64,000 nt of DNA from Mesotaenium endlicherianum. Its lineage: Eukaryota. The notes under the pieces were generated by a model. The model had not been told where the DNA came from, searched no databases, and worked only from the letters and a program-made list of their open reading frames with translations. Shown here piece by piece: positions 49,515 through 61,000 of the stretch. The DNA is taken from contig WELA01000805.1 of NCBI GenBank assembly GCA_009602735.1, positions 218,879 to 282,878 on the forward strand, in the 5' to 3' direction. Position 1 is the first letter of the stretch. The number at the start of each line of letters is the position of its first letter. Made by a program: the position numbers and the translations under genes.

Positions 49515-52175
49515 TCAAGTTACAGTTGTACCTCCTTGCTTTCTGCCATAAATGTCTATCAATAGATCATCATCATCGTCTTTGTCATCGACAATCTCCT
49601 TGTAGTCAGTTGCACTTATTTCTTGTATATCATCATCATACAGCGGCCTGAAGCGTGGTCTCTTTGAGAAGGGCTTGCTTATGAAATTTCCTGATGACGG
49701 CCTAGGCCCAACGGGTGGAGGATTGGGCATGCTGGACTTGATCTGGAGTGGTAAAACTTGTTGTTGTTTTGGGTTGACTTCATGCCTGGCCTGCAATTAT
49801 CCATCATTATGTAGACAAAACGTGCAAGACTTGAGATGCTCAAGGACGTAGGTCTCCATTGCCATGGGAGCATGCTAAGCAGTTTTGCTTTGGACCCAAC
49901 TATGAAAAACGATGATTGATGATAAAAGTGGTTCATATTTATCTTGAAGTGCGGCAGGATATGTACCTGGATGTCAGAACACTGGACATGTTGTGTATTA
50001 TCAAGAGGCTGTCTCCTTGTATACTGAGTATCTGAAGTACGCCTTAAAGGAGCTGCCCTGAGACCAGACAGAGGGCCTCCACGGAAAGTATGGGCAGCAG
50101 CAGCACGCTGCAAGACCAATCAAAATGTTATGGGGTAAGCTGTCACTTGATACGCGCACATATAGACGATGCACATGAGGCAAGTTGTGATTACTGAAGA
50201 CGATTGCTAACTTCCATGCCTGAACTAGTGGTTGACATCACCTTTGAAAAGATATGCTAGCACAAAGTGACTATCTCATATATTATAACTATGATTTCAA
50301 TAGTTACCTCATGCCAATATCGCTTTCTTGGAGTAGTGTTCTCCTTTGCCCCCTCTTCGGAGTTCATGTAGGCTTGAGACAAGTCTTCAACCCTGAAACC
50401 CAAATAAAGCCCTCTCTCATAGCACGTTTAGGACCTCAAATCTGTAATTCCAGGGTGCAATCCACATACCCCCATCAAATCATGGAAAACATGACAATTT
50501 TCCCAGCAGAACTTACTCTTGCTGTTGAAGCTCCAGCCTACGGAGCTTTTTCTGGCACTGCCCAATATTGTTGGATAGCTGCAGCTCCTCCTCTGCATAC
50601 ACAGTAACCAACCTTGGCATAACAGCTTCTAAAAGAGGGCCGAGTATTCTCTTAGAGAAGTTATAAGCATAAGACATAAATATACCACATGCTTGTTGAC
50701 GAAGGCATCCCCTCCTATACACACCTGCAAGCTTCGGTAGTTGGAGCCGCATCCCGACAATACAATCCTCAAACTGAGCTTTCTCATCATCCAGGGCACC
50801 AAGGTGGGCATATAATGACATTGTGCGGCTGCCTGCCTTATGCTCCTCCCATGCTCGTCTATATCCTGCAACTTGATGATCGAGATCTTTTCTTCTGGCT
50901 CCAAGCTCTTCCACACGAAGAAGCAGGCCTGAAGCAAGCGAAGCTGGACAGTCAGCCGTCGCCTCACAGCGACATCACTCTGCTAACCTTTGCCGCCGTG
51001 CATCCTCTAAAGTTTCAACAACACAAGAATGTACTCTTGACTGAATAAAAAATTAGTTACTGCTTTCATAGAACCTGTCTGACATATGAAACACCTACCT
51101 TAAGCGTAAATAATAGCACATACACGTAACATATTTGTACTGCCTTTGTCTAGATTTTTAGTGTTTCTGCTGGTCAATCATGCAGACGCACCTTCGCATT
51201 GCTGACCCGAGTATAGAAGCTTGCTTTTCTTCTCTGCAGATAGCTTGTCCACTTTCGTGTGCTCATCTTCTATGCTTTCAATAAGAGCATCAGCTTCCAC
51301 CTCCAGTGAAAATATTTTCTCTGTTAGGTCATGCCTTATCACTTTCTGCCTTTCAATTGCTCTTATATCATGAAACTTTTTGCACATAGCAATGAAGTTT
51401 TCTCTGCACATCCAAAGGTTCGCACTTAAACACGTGTGGCAATTTTAGCAGTTGCCAATGACATCTGCTTCTTGCAAATGCTGATATCATTTTGCTTTTT
51501 GTGAATGAACTATGTCGTTTCCCGCAGCAGAATGCACCTGCTGCCCTTGATTGAAGATTGTATGGCCTCATTGGAGTCGGTAAGTGACTGAATTTCTTGT
51601 CCAAGAAGCTCCTGCTCCTTCTGCAGTGCACCTGCAGCAATTGTGGCAGATATATTGATATATTCCATACATATATATAGCACCAGAATGAAATACTGTG
51701 CTCCAGAGGCACTCTATACAATTGAGCTCGGGTCTAGAAAATAACTAGTCATCACATTCTTTCACACAGGCACTAGAGCCTTCAAAATTTAATTGGAGCT
51801 TGGGCAACAGAGCGAGGACTGACCAGCAAGAGCTTTCAAAATCCCCTCTTCATGCTCTTGCTCACATAACAATTTGAGCAGCGCTTGTTCTTCCTGCTGC
51901 ACTTGTAGTGTCTTTTCTTGATTCTTTACGATCCCGGATTCAATTGACTTTGTCTTCTTGATTTCAAGGGACAGCTCTTCTGCAGTCTAGCGAACAAGTA
52001 GAACAAACTGTGTCGGTAAGTGAAAGATAATAACATGCAAGGGGCCGCAGATGTGCCTTTGAAACCAATCACAGCCACCTAAATCTGAAAGTCCTGTCAT
52101 GTTCTATTGGCTCACTTTGTCAAGCTCCCTCTTTAGCTGTGTCACTTGTTGAAGAACATTAGTTATCGCCTCCAT
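49515..52175 (-). CDS. Uncharacterised coiled-coil protein with disordered basic/acidic tail (~403 aa)
   Basis: Exons 52175-52116, 51986-51824, 51631-51538, 51403-51192, 50928-50725, 50628-50517, 50057-49967, 49790-49515 splice with GT-AG and consistent phases into one ORF: MEAITNVLQQVTQLKRELDKTAEEL...RENFIAMCKKF...KPFSKRPRFRPLYDDD...GTTVT*. Confidence 0.72.
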
Positions 52176-52599
52176 AGACAGTGTCGGCTGATGTCAGCAA
52201 TGCATTGAAGGTTGCACGTGCAGCAGAGAGACTTGACAAGTCAAGCTAACCCAATTGAATGTTAATCCCATCACTAAATGCAAAGTTCACCGTTGCCTTC
52301 ACGACGAATTCGTAATCTGCTCTACATACATAAAACTACGCAACAAAACCGCTAGCCAATCTTCGCAGGGCGCTTTAAGAGAACCGTGTGCTCCTGCCTC
52401 CGACACGTCTTTGTGGAAATCGAAGAGCAACATACATGTTGATCACCCGCATATAAGAGTTCCAATTAAGTTACATGTGAACAATCCGCTTGTATCACCC
52501 GCAAAAGAGTTAAAATTAAGTCACATGTTAAGTCACGTGTAAAGAATCCGCTCGTTCCAGAGCATTTCAGACCTCCACTTCACTGCACAAGAAAAAGAA

Positions 52600-52606
52600 T
52601 ATAAAA
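52600..52606 (+). promoter_or_regulatory. TATA-like element ~30 bp upstream of tRNA-Lys
   Basis: TATAAAA at -32 to -26 of the tRNA 5' end, as is usual for plant nuclear tRNA genes. Confidence 0.5.
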
Positions 52607-52631
52607 CGTATTGAGACCATGGACATCACCT

Positions 52632-52704
52632 GCCGGCCTAGCTCAGTTGGTAGAGCGCAAGGCTCTTAACCTTGTGGTCCAGGGTTCGAGCCCCTGGGCC
52701 GGCG
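52632..52704 (+). tRNA. trnK-CUU: tRNA-Lys(CUU), copy 1
   Basis: GCCGGCC acceptor pairs with GGCCGGC; D arm GCTC-AGTTGGTA-GAGC; anticodon arm CAAGG-CT-CTT-AA-CCTTG; T arm CAGGG-TTCGAGC-CCCTG; 73 nt. Confidence 0.97.
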
Positions 52705-53023
52705 TACAACGCCCCGAGGACCATCTCGATTTCCACAAAGTGATCCCCTTTTATCAGTCTGAGCTTCCGAAACAAGCCGTACTGTTCTTCTCGATCGATA
52801 TCGTAACCCTCGGGCTGGCGGAAGGTATAACGCAATATAACGACATTGCTTCCTGTGGTATCTCCGAGTAGTATCTATCTGTGGTATCAGTTGAGCATTA
52901 CTTGAAGTATTTGGAATTATTCATAAGCACAGTCAATTGTCTGCGATTTCATCGTTTTTGATATAATGTAATCAGTATAAGTTCGTAATATAGTACTGTA
53001 AGTTTATATTCCGTATGTCATCG

Positions 53024-53096
53024 GCCGGCCTAGCTCAGTTGGTAGAGCGCAAGGCTCTTAACCTTGTGGTCCAGGGTTCGAGCCCCTGGGCCGGCG
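53024..53096 (+). tRNA. trnK-CUU: tRNA-Lys(CUU), copy 2
   Basis: Identical 73 nt to copy 1. Confidence 0.97.
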
Positions 53097-53671
53097 CTAT
53101 ACGCCCCGAGGACACCCCTCGGTTTCCACACGGTACCCTTTTGTCCTCGAGTTTCTTAAACTTTCCCCTGGGCCGGCGCCAGATTTTTTATTTCCTTTTA
53201 TACGAACGAACAGCTCCAACTTATTCATTCATCTTTTCCTTCTCATTTGGGAAGGCAGGTCCTTCCACTCCGTTTCAGGTCCGTTTCAGGTCACTCAACA
53301 CCAGGCCCTTCGACATACATACGACCAAATTTGCGGATTTCAAGAACATCCTTAGGCAAGCTCTGGTCGATACATGGAGGCCATGTATGTGTACTCACTG
53401 AAATGCTTCTTGCAAATAAGAAAGTTGGATTGTTAGCTCCTGGTTGCTAGGCAGCATCTGCAGCAGCAAGTTCTTGTGCCTAAGTGGATAAACATACCAC
53501 ATGGAACAAGGATGGGATTCTTGAAGGAATGGCTATCATGAAAAAGTGCAAACCGCGACATGAAGGTGGTCAGAGAAGGGACCCTGCTTTCTTCAAGCAA
53601 CCTACGGACTGGCGCTAGATGACCACGACCATTGAGGACCAGCAAGATGACAGTGCTGTAGAAGATGAAAT

Positions 53672-53900
53672 CTGGATACGGTGCGTACGGATTCGCCGAT
53701 TCGCCGTCCGTACAGAACGTGAGAGTCAAACCTGTACGAAATATGCCAAAATACGTGAGTGTCGATGGAACAAATCGACTATGAATCGGCATTAAATCCA
53801 AAAATCAGGTTATACGCCAATACGGAGTATCACGACACGGAATATTACAATACGTACAATTCGGCCAAAAGAGGCTGTACGGGAATATTTTAAAACTAGG
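53672..53900. mobile_element. Possible end of a non-autonomous DNA transposon (MITE/hAT-like)
   Basis: CpG-rich patch with reiterated TACG/GATTCG motifs ending in ATTTTAAAACTAGG. No second TIR or TSD found. Confidence 0.3.
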
Positions 53901-56045
53901 CTCTGCTTAGGACCCAACTGGACAGACTGACAAAGTCGACCCCGGTAATATCTGAGGAGCAGGGAGAATTCAAAGAGGAGCAAGACACAAAAGCAGAGTC
54001 TAGCCGTGCCAAGGGCAGAGACCCCAGCAAAGCCTGCCACATTGCAGCAGACTGTATGATCTGTGGCCAAAAGGGCCTTGAGGCAGCTGCAGGGGAGAGG
54101 CAAGAAGGCTAAAAGGGGCGGAGTGCCCTAGTGGAAGCGTAGTGACTCAGGAGGAAAAGAACTAGTTGCAATCATATTAAAGAGTGCAGCGGCATATTAC
54201 TAAGAAAGCCTAGGAAACTTACTCAAGTTGTTGAGTAAAATGAAATTGCTCACAAATGGACTAGGATGAAAGGCCTTGTCATAACACACCCGTAGAAATT
54301 TACAGAAGTCAAAATTGATAAGAAATGAGGAAGTTATGTCTATTTATAGTTTCCTGACCTAAGTCCTCCTCTCTAGGCGGGAGGGCCGCTTAGCAACGGA
54401 TTTTCCTAAGAGTTTGTCAAATTGTCCCTTCCATAATATTCGTGAGTGGGCCAGATCAGTCTCATCTGACGTGTCGGGTTGATTTGACGTCCACATGCAT
54501 GCATACAAATATCTAGGATATACTAACTTAGACGCGCTAGACTAATCCGAAAGTTCTAGGTAAATCGACCTAGTCGGCACTCCGCGTCAACCGAACTTAC
54601 GTGAAGGTTCGAATTCACTTTAATGGGCCAGATCGCACTACGCTGTCGGTCAATCCGACGGTCGCGCTCACCGCGAATTAAGGACAGTCGTCAACCGACC
54701 TCAAAACTAAACAAACTTCGAAAATCCATAACTCTCTCAAAACTTGACCAAATTCGATGAACTTTATATCAAAATGACCACAAACATGCATTCTATGTTA
54801 CTATGCAATCAAAATATACTTTCATGTAACTAAAAAATGCACTTTGTAAACCTATGACCTTACATCATCCCCCTCCTCAAGACGCGACGTCCTCAACGCG
54901 TTCTGCAGATAACGCCTCCACTTAGCCTTACAATGAATCAAGTTGGCCTTCGGCTCCCAAGTGTTGTCGTCCGCGTGGTAGCCTTTCCACTTGACCAGAT
55001 ACTCTTGAACAAGTCGTTGACCTCGCTTGACTCGTCGATCGTCGACAATCGCCTCCACTGCACATTCCAATACTTCATCGATCTCGACCGGTGGTGGCGG
55101 TGTAGGTAGTCGTCCTGGATGTCCTTCATTCGGGTCAACGTATGGCCGCAAACAACTGACATGGAACACATCATGGATACGCCATCCTGAAGGAAGTTCC
55201 AACTTGTAGGTCACTGGATTAACCTGCTTGAGCACCACAAAGGGACCTGTAAACCGTGCCCGCAGTTTCCTCTTGCCTGTGAAAAGTAGGTTCTCTGTTG
55301 ACAAGAGTACTTTGTCGCCCACATGGAATGTCACTTCCTTCCTGTGCCTGTTAGCATGCTTGACCTGTTCCTCCTGTGCCTTCCGAATACACGTCTACGC
55401 CATATCCCAAGTCTTCGCCATCTGCTCCATAAACGCTTGTGTAGTAGGAACCTGAGTCTCTTTGGCCTTCTCCAACAAGATGTTCCCTGGATGATATACT
55501 TCTCTTCCATAAACCATGGTGAATGGTGACTGCTTGGTCGATCCCTGCATGCTGTTGTTGTAGGCAAACTCCAATCCTGGTAGCTTCTTGTCCCACTCTG
55601 AAGGGTCTTCCATAGAGAAACTCCTGAGCACCTCTTGCAGAGTTCTATTGAGCCTCTCACTCTGCCCGTCTGTCTGCGGATGATAGGAAGTGCTCATACT
55701 CAGCTTGGTCCCATCAATGTAAACAACGACCGCCAAAAGTTGCTAGTAAACCTTGGATCCCAATCTGAAACAATCACCTTCGGCAACCCATGTAGCTTGA
55801 AGATATGATCAAAAAATAGCCGTGCCACATCTGCTGCCGTAAAAGTCTTCTTCATGGGAATGAAGTGAGCCATCTTGCTGAGTCTATCAGACACAACCCA
55901 TAATGCATCGTGCCCTTGACCACTAACTGGTAACGACGTGATGAAGTCCATAGCAATTTGCTCCCAAGGATACACTGGAAAAGACAGGGTTTGCAATGTA
56001 CCTCCCTTCTTTTGATTTGGTGTCGTGTTTCGCTGGCACGCATTG

Positions 56046-56548
56046 TGTAGTGATTTGAGTTATTATATATTAGTATGCATATATTTTAATGTTTTCAAAT
56101 ATATTTGGAGTGGTATTGTGTGGATTCAAGTGTGAATAGGTACTCTAGTAACTTGGTTCATGTCCTTTGTACTTTCCAAGGCATTTTCGAAGTTAGAGGA
56201 AAGACCTAGAAGAACTCCATGTGGCAAAAGTCAGATGTGCCATTTTTAGGTCAAAAGGACATGTGTACATTATTCTAGAAAGAGGTGGCAAGTTTTGGGA
56301 TGTGTTGGGTGCCAACACATCAACATACACCTTCCTAGAAATTACTTATGTAGCAAGTATATAAACAAGAGCTAGAACATAGAAAGACATTCTAGAATCA
56401 CTCTTGTACTTGCCAAAATCCAGAAATATATTAACTTTCAAGAAGCCATCTCTCTTTCAAGAAGCTACCACTTGTGTTCAAAGATCCTTGTCTTGAATAG
56501 ATAAAGTATTTTGTTTTACTAAGTACTTTATCTATCTGTTTCACTACA
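56046..56548 (+). mobile_element. Solo LTR (503 bp) nested in the integrase region of element C
   Basis: TGTAGTGA...TCACTACA terminal inverted 8-mer; 5-bp TSD CATTG at 56041-56045 and 56549-56553; TATATAAA near 56358; host pol resumes on both sides. Orientation inferred from the TATA. Confidence 0.9.
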
Positions 56549-58091
56549 CATTGTAAATCCTGCTCCACACCTCAATGTCCTTGTTCATATTTCTCCAATA
56601 CTACTCTCGTTTCAACACGCTTGCCGTCTTCTCGCTTCCAAACTGTTCATCATATAAGCAGTCATGATGCTTCGCAAATAGTAAGTTTCGTAGCTCCTTG
56701 ACGTCAGGTACTACCACTCTCTTGGAATCACTACAGTACCATATACCGTCCTTCTTCTGCATCCTTGAGTTGGACTCAGCTGCTCCACCATCAGCAAACT
56801 CCGAGTCCTCCTCATAACCTTTCTTCAGCTTCTCCTTGAAGTCCATATTGTCCTTGATGATTGAGACAGCTGCAAGATCACACCTCTTGGATAAAGCATC
56901 TGCAGGGTTGATCTTCCCTGGTTAGTACTTGATCTTGTGGTCGAACTGTTGCAGATACTCCATCCACCTTGCTTGTCTTGGTGTCAACGTTGGCTGCGTC
57001 ATAATCTTCTCCAAGCTCTTGTGGTCGATTTTGATGAACACCTTCCAGCCGTTCACATAACATCGCAAAATCCTCAAAGCTTGGATAATAGCCAACATCT
57101 CCCGCTCGTGTGCTGCATAGTTATGCTCAGCAGGACTCAACTTCCTGCTCTCATGTGCCACAGGTTGCAATCCTTTGCCCTGGTCCTGGAGAAGAACGGC
57201 TCCCACTGCGAAATTTGATGGGTTCGTGATGATGGTGAAAGGAAGCTCTGGACTGGCAATTGCCAACACAGGTGCCTATGTCAACAAATCCTTAATGTTC
57301 TCAAAGGCTTGTTGCTCCTTGTTACCCCATAGCCACTTCTCCTGCTTCTCCAACATGTCCGTGAGCGGTGCACACACCTAGGCAAATCCTTCAATGAAGC
57401 GTCGATAATAGTTTGCCAAGCCGAGGACAGGTACCGGCCAATCTCTGACAGCTTGCACCTTTTGCTGCTCCACCTTCACTCCTTCAGCTCCCACTATGTG
57501 CCTAAGGAACTCGACCTCCTTGAGACAGAAGTCGCACTTGCTCATCTTCCCATATAGCTTCTGATCTCTTAAGACCTCCAACACCTTCCTCAGATGCTCC
57601 ACATGCTCCTCCAAGGTCTTCGAATAAATCAAGATGTTGTCCAAAAATTCCACCACAAAATGGTCCAAGTAGGGTCTGAAGATACTATTCATGAGTTCCA
57701 TGAATGTAGCAGGTGCATTTGTCAATCCAAAAGGCATGACTGTGAACTCGAATAAGCCATAGCGAGTCCTAAAAGCAGTCTTCTGAACATCTCTTTCCGC
57801 AATTTGTACCTGGTGATAGCCACTCCTCAAATCGATCTTCGAAAAATACTCCGCTCCGACAAGCCTGTTAGTTAACTCCTCCACTCGTGGAAGTGGGTAC
57901 CTGTTCGTGATGGTGATCTTGTTGAGTGTTTGGTAGTCGACACACATCCTCATAGTCCCATCCTTCTTCTTCACAAATAAGTGTGGCGCTGCAAATGGAG
58001 ACTCGCTGGGTTGGATGAATTCCTTCTCCAATAACTCTGTCTGCTGCTTCTTCAACTCATCCAACTGCGCAAATGATTGTCGATAGGCGGG

Positions 58092-61000
58092 TGAAAGGGG
58101 AGAGGGTGCGGGGAGTGCGCCCATACACACTCACGCACCCTCACCCGCGAGTGGAAGCGTGCACGAGGACCTTTCCTAGTTGCATACACAAGGTGGAATG
58201 GCCTGGTGGTATGCCACCCTTGCAAGAGTTAGAGGGCTACATGAGAGAGGAGTGGAAAAGAACTCACTTTATTAAGAAAAGTCTTGTACAAGATAAGAAG
58301 GTTAGACTAGACTAAGCCCCCTCTACTTCCTTGTGCTTCCCATTTATCCTTTAACTCTAAGTGTCCTCTCTAGCAAGGTACCTCCAGAACCTTCTCCTAT
58401 GGCTCCTTCCATGTACTTGACCTTGCCTAGTTGGACAAGCTAGCACACTCACACGCACACAATCACACTCTAGAATATTCTACTACACAATCCACTAACT
58501 CCTCACGGAGTTTCTAGAAATTCCACGATCACTTTGGCACTCTACGTAATTGTACGTACTTTCTGGAACCCTCATGTTTCAATGTCCNGCGATCACTTTG
58601 GCACTCTCCGTAATTGTACGAACCCTCATGTTTCAATGTCCTACTTTCTGGACTCCAACCGAAATTTTCGTCACTGGACCTGTCCTTGTCACTAAATAGA
58701 ATCTGTGACATTAAAAACTCACTAAAAACTTCCAAAATTCATAACTATCTCAATACTTGTCCAAATGACTTGAAATAAAGGCCAAAGTTCTTCTAAAATC
58801 ACACTCTATGCATATAAAATACTAGAAAGAAACAAACTACACTTTCATAACCTTACATCATCCCCCTCCTCAAGATGCAACGTCCTCGGCGCGTACTAAG
58901 CATAAGTGACGTAATATGAGGAATCGAGCTCACATATACGCTAGAGAAACACATATTCACATATATTATACAAGTTGCAGGTCTTGAACAGGCTCCAGGT
59001 TGATACTCATTACTCCAAACTTGCTCCACTTAGTGAAAGCTCCATCGCATACATTGTCTCCACACATGGCGTCTCCTTACACAAGTGCATCTTCTCTTCA
59101 ACTCCTTCGTCTTGGAATAGGCCAATATCTTCATAAGGGCTGTAACATACTCCCTCCATCAACTCCACATACTTCAAAGCTGGATCCAAGGCATAATAGT
59201 CCGCCAAATCGCCAAAATACTCATTTTTCGCCCTCTTGGACAAGTGGCAGCTCCTCGTCGCGCCATGTGGCTTACTCGTGGTGCTCTTATAATTTTGACC
59301 AGATTACATCATGAACCTAAGTCCACTATGTTCCTGAACCTTCTGGTACCCTTAGCTACCTCTAGCTCTAAGCCATACTCCTTGTAGAGGTATTGCACTC
59401 TCTCGCTCGTGTGCGTGACTCGTGGTGACCTCTCAAGACGCCAAGTGGCACCCCCCTGACTTTTTTTGACATTTTTAGCCTGAAAGTTGAATAATCTACA
59501 TAATATCTCCCCTTTGAACTCACTGGTATGCTTTTTTTCTCTTGATTCCAAGCCTAAGACCATGATACCAGATTGCGCCTTGCCTCACACATGTGGCTCG
59601 CACGGCAGTCCAGCAGACCGCCATGTGGCACTGTCAGGACTTAAATTAATATTTTTATAAAATAAATTACTTTTTCTGAATCTCAACCCATAGGACTACC
59701 TCTCACAAAATTTCAGAGTCTGAATTAAAGTCTAACACTCAAACGAGATCGTCACTTTGTGCCTCACGCTCGTAGGACGCACACGCGCGCAACATGGATA
59801 AAGCTCCCGCGCCTACAAATGGCACATGCTTAAACCCCTGATTCTGAAACTTGACTATGACTCAAGGAAGGCCTCATACTAGGCCTCTCACATCATGTAG
59901 GACTTCTAGTGAAAATATTACCCACTCTCTCCTAAGTAGGCAAAAAGTAGCCAAAATCTGCCAACTTTAAACCTCGCGCTCGCCTACCCGTAAAACCCTC
60001 AAACATAGACAGATTTGAGTATCTTCCAAGTTCTTGCTCTCATACTTCTTTTTACTTCACATCTCTTAGTTACAACTGAACCAATGGGACTGGTTTGACC
60101 TTGCTTACAAGCACTAAAAACAACTATAACACTCCCCCCCCTCATCATGAAGGTAAGGCGCTTACCACTCGAGTGTCCAAGTCCAGATTTTACGCCTCTC
60201 TCGTGCTTGCTTGTATAGGCGCTGATTCTCCTAGCTTCATGTCCAGGTCTTTGTCATATATCTCCATCTTAGGCAGGACATATCAGCCCCATAACACTTG
60301 GTCTCCTCCTCATAGGTCCATATCCATAAAGTCGTAGTCTCCATCAAGCGACGATAGTAATCTTCACAAGGCATGAGCGCGTAGTCTCGCTCGTGGTGCA
60401 CCAAACTCCATCATAGTCTTCTCCTTGGCTAGATGCTCACTCCCACATACCTCTGGCTCTTCTTGAAGGTCAGCCTTCACACAAGGCTCCAAGAAACACA
60501 TCTGGAACGCCTCCAAGAGCTCCATAACTTGGGCATACGCACATACTCTTAGTGCTTGCACCTCATCTTGTGCACGCACACACGTCGTCTTGCAAGCGGG
60601 CTTCTCTTGAGCTCACTTTCTAGGAGCTCCTCCACTTGAGCAGTTGGGGTCTGCTCTATATATGAGCAAGGGGATCATACACCTCTACTTGCTCCACCGG
60701 CGATGTACATTCGCCAAGGTTGTTAGGAGGCACGCTTGCTCCGTGTGATGACCGGGCCAAGGTCACCAAAACAAGCGCTTCTCCTTCACCTTCACCTTCC
60801 CGCGTCGCTTCTTTGCTAGCGGGCTGAAGATAGCTACTTGTGGTCATATCTACCTCCACCTATTTCACTATCCTCACTTGACCATACTCCTCCTCGGTCT
60901 TCACTTGACCCGTGCACTAAAGCACTAGAGGATAGGCTACTCTCTTTGTGCAACTCCTTCCACATGCTTAGCTTCTTGAGTGCACTCTAGCCTTGGTCAC

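Noticed and set aside
52611..53401. ORFs overlapping the tRNA genes
   Set aside because: Incidental translations of tRNA sequence.
56046..56548. CACTA transposon
   Set aside because: The CACTA/TAGTG motifs face the wrong way and the TSD is 5 bp with TG...CA ends, which fits a solo LTR.
58525..58650. ~60-bp duplication in D's 3' LTR (similar case at 31652-31680)
   Set aside because: Centred on a single N and absent from the partner copy; a contig-join artefact.
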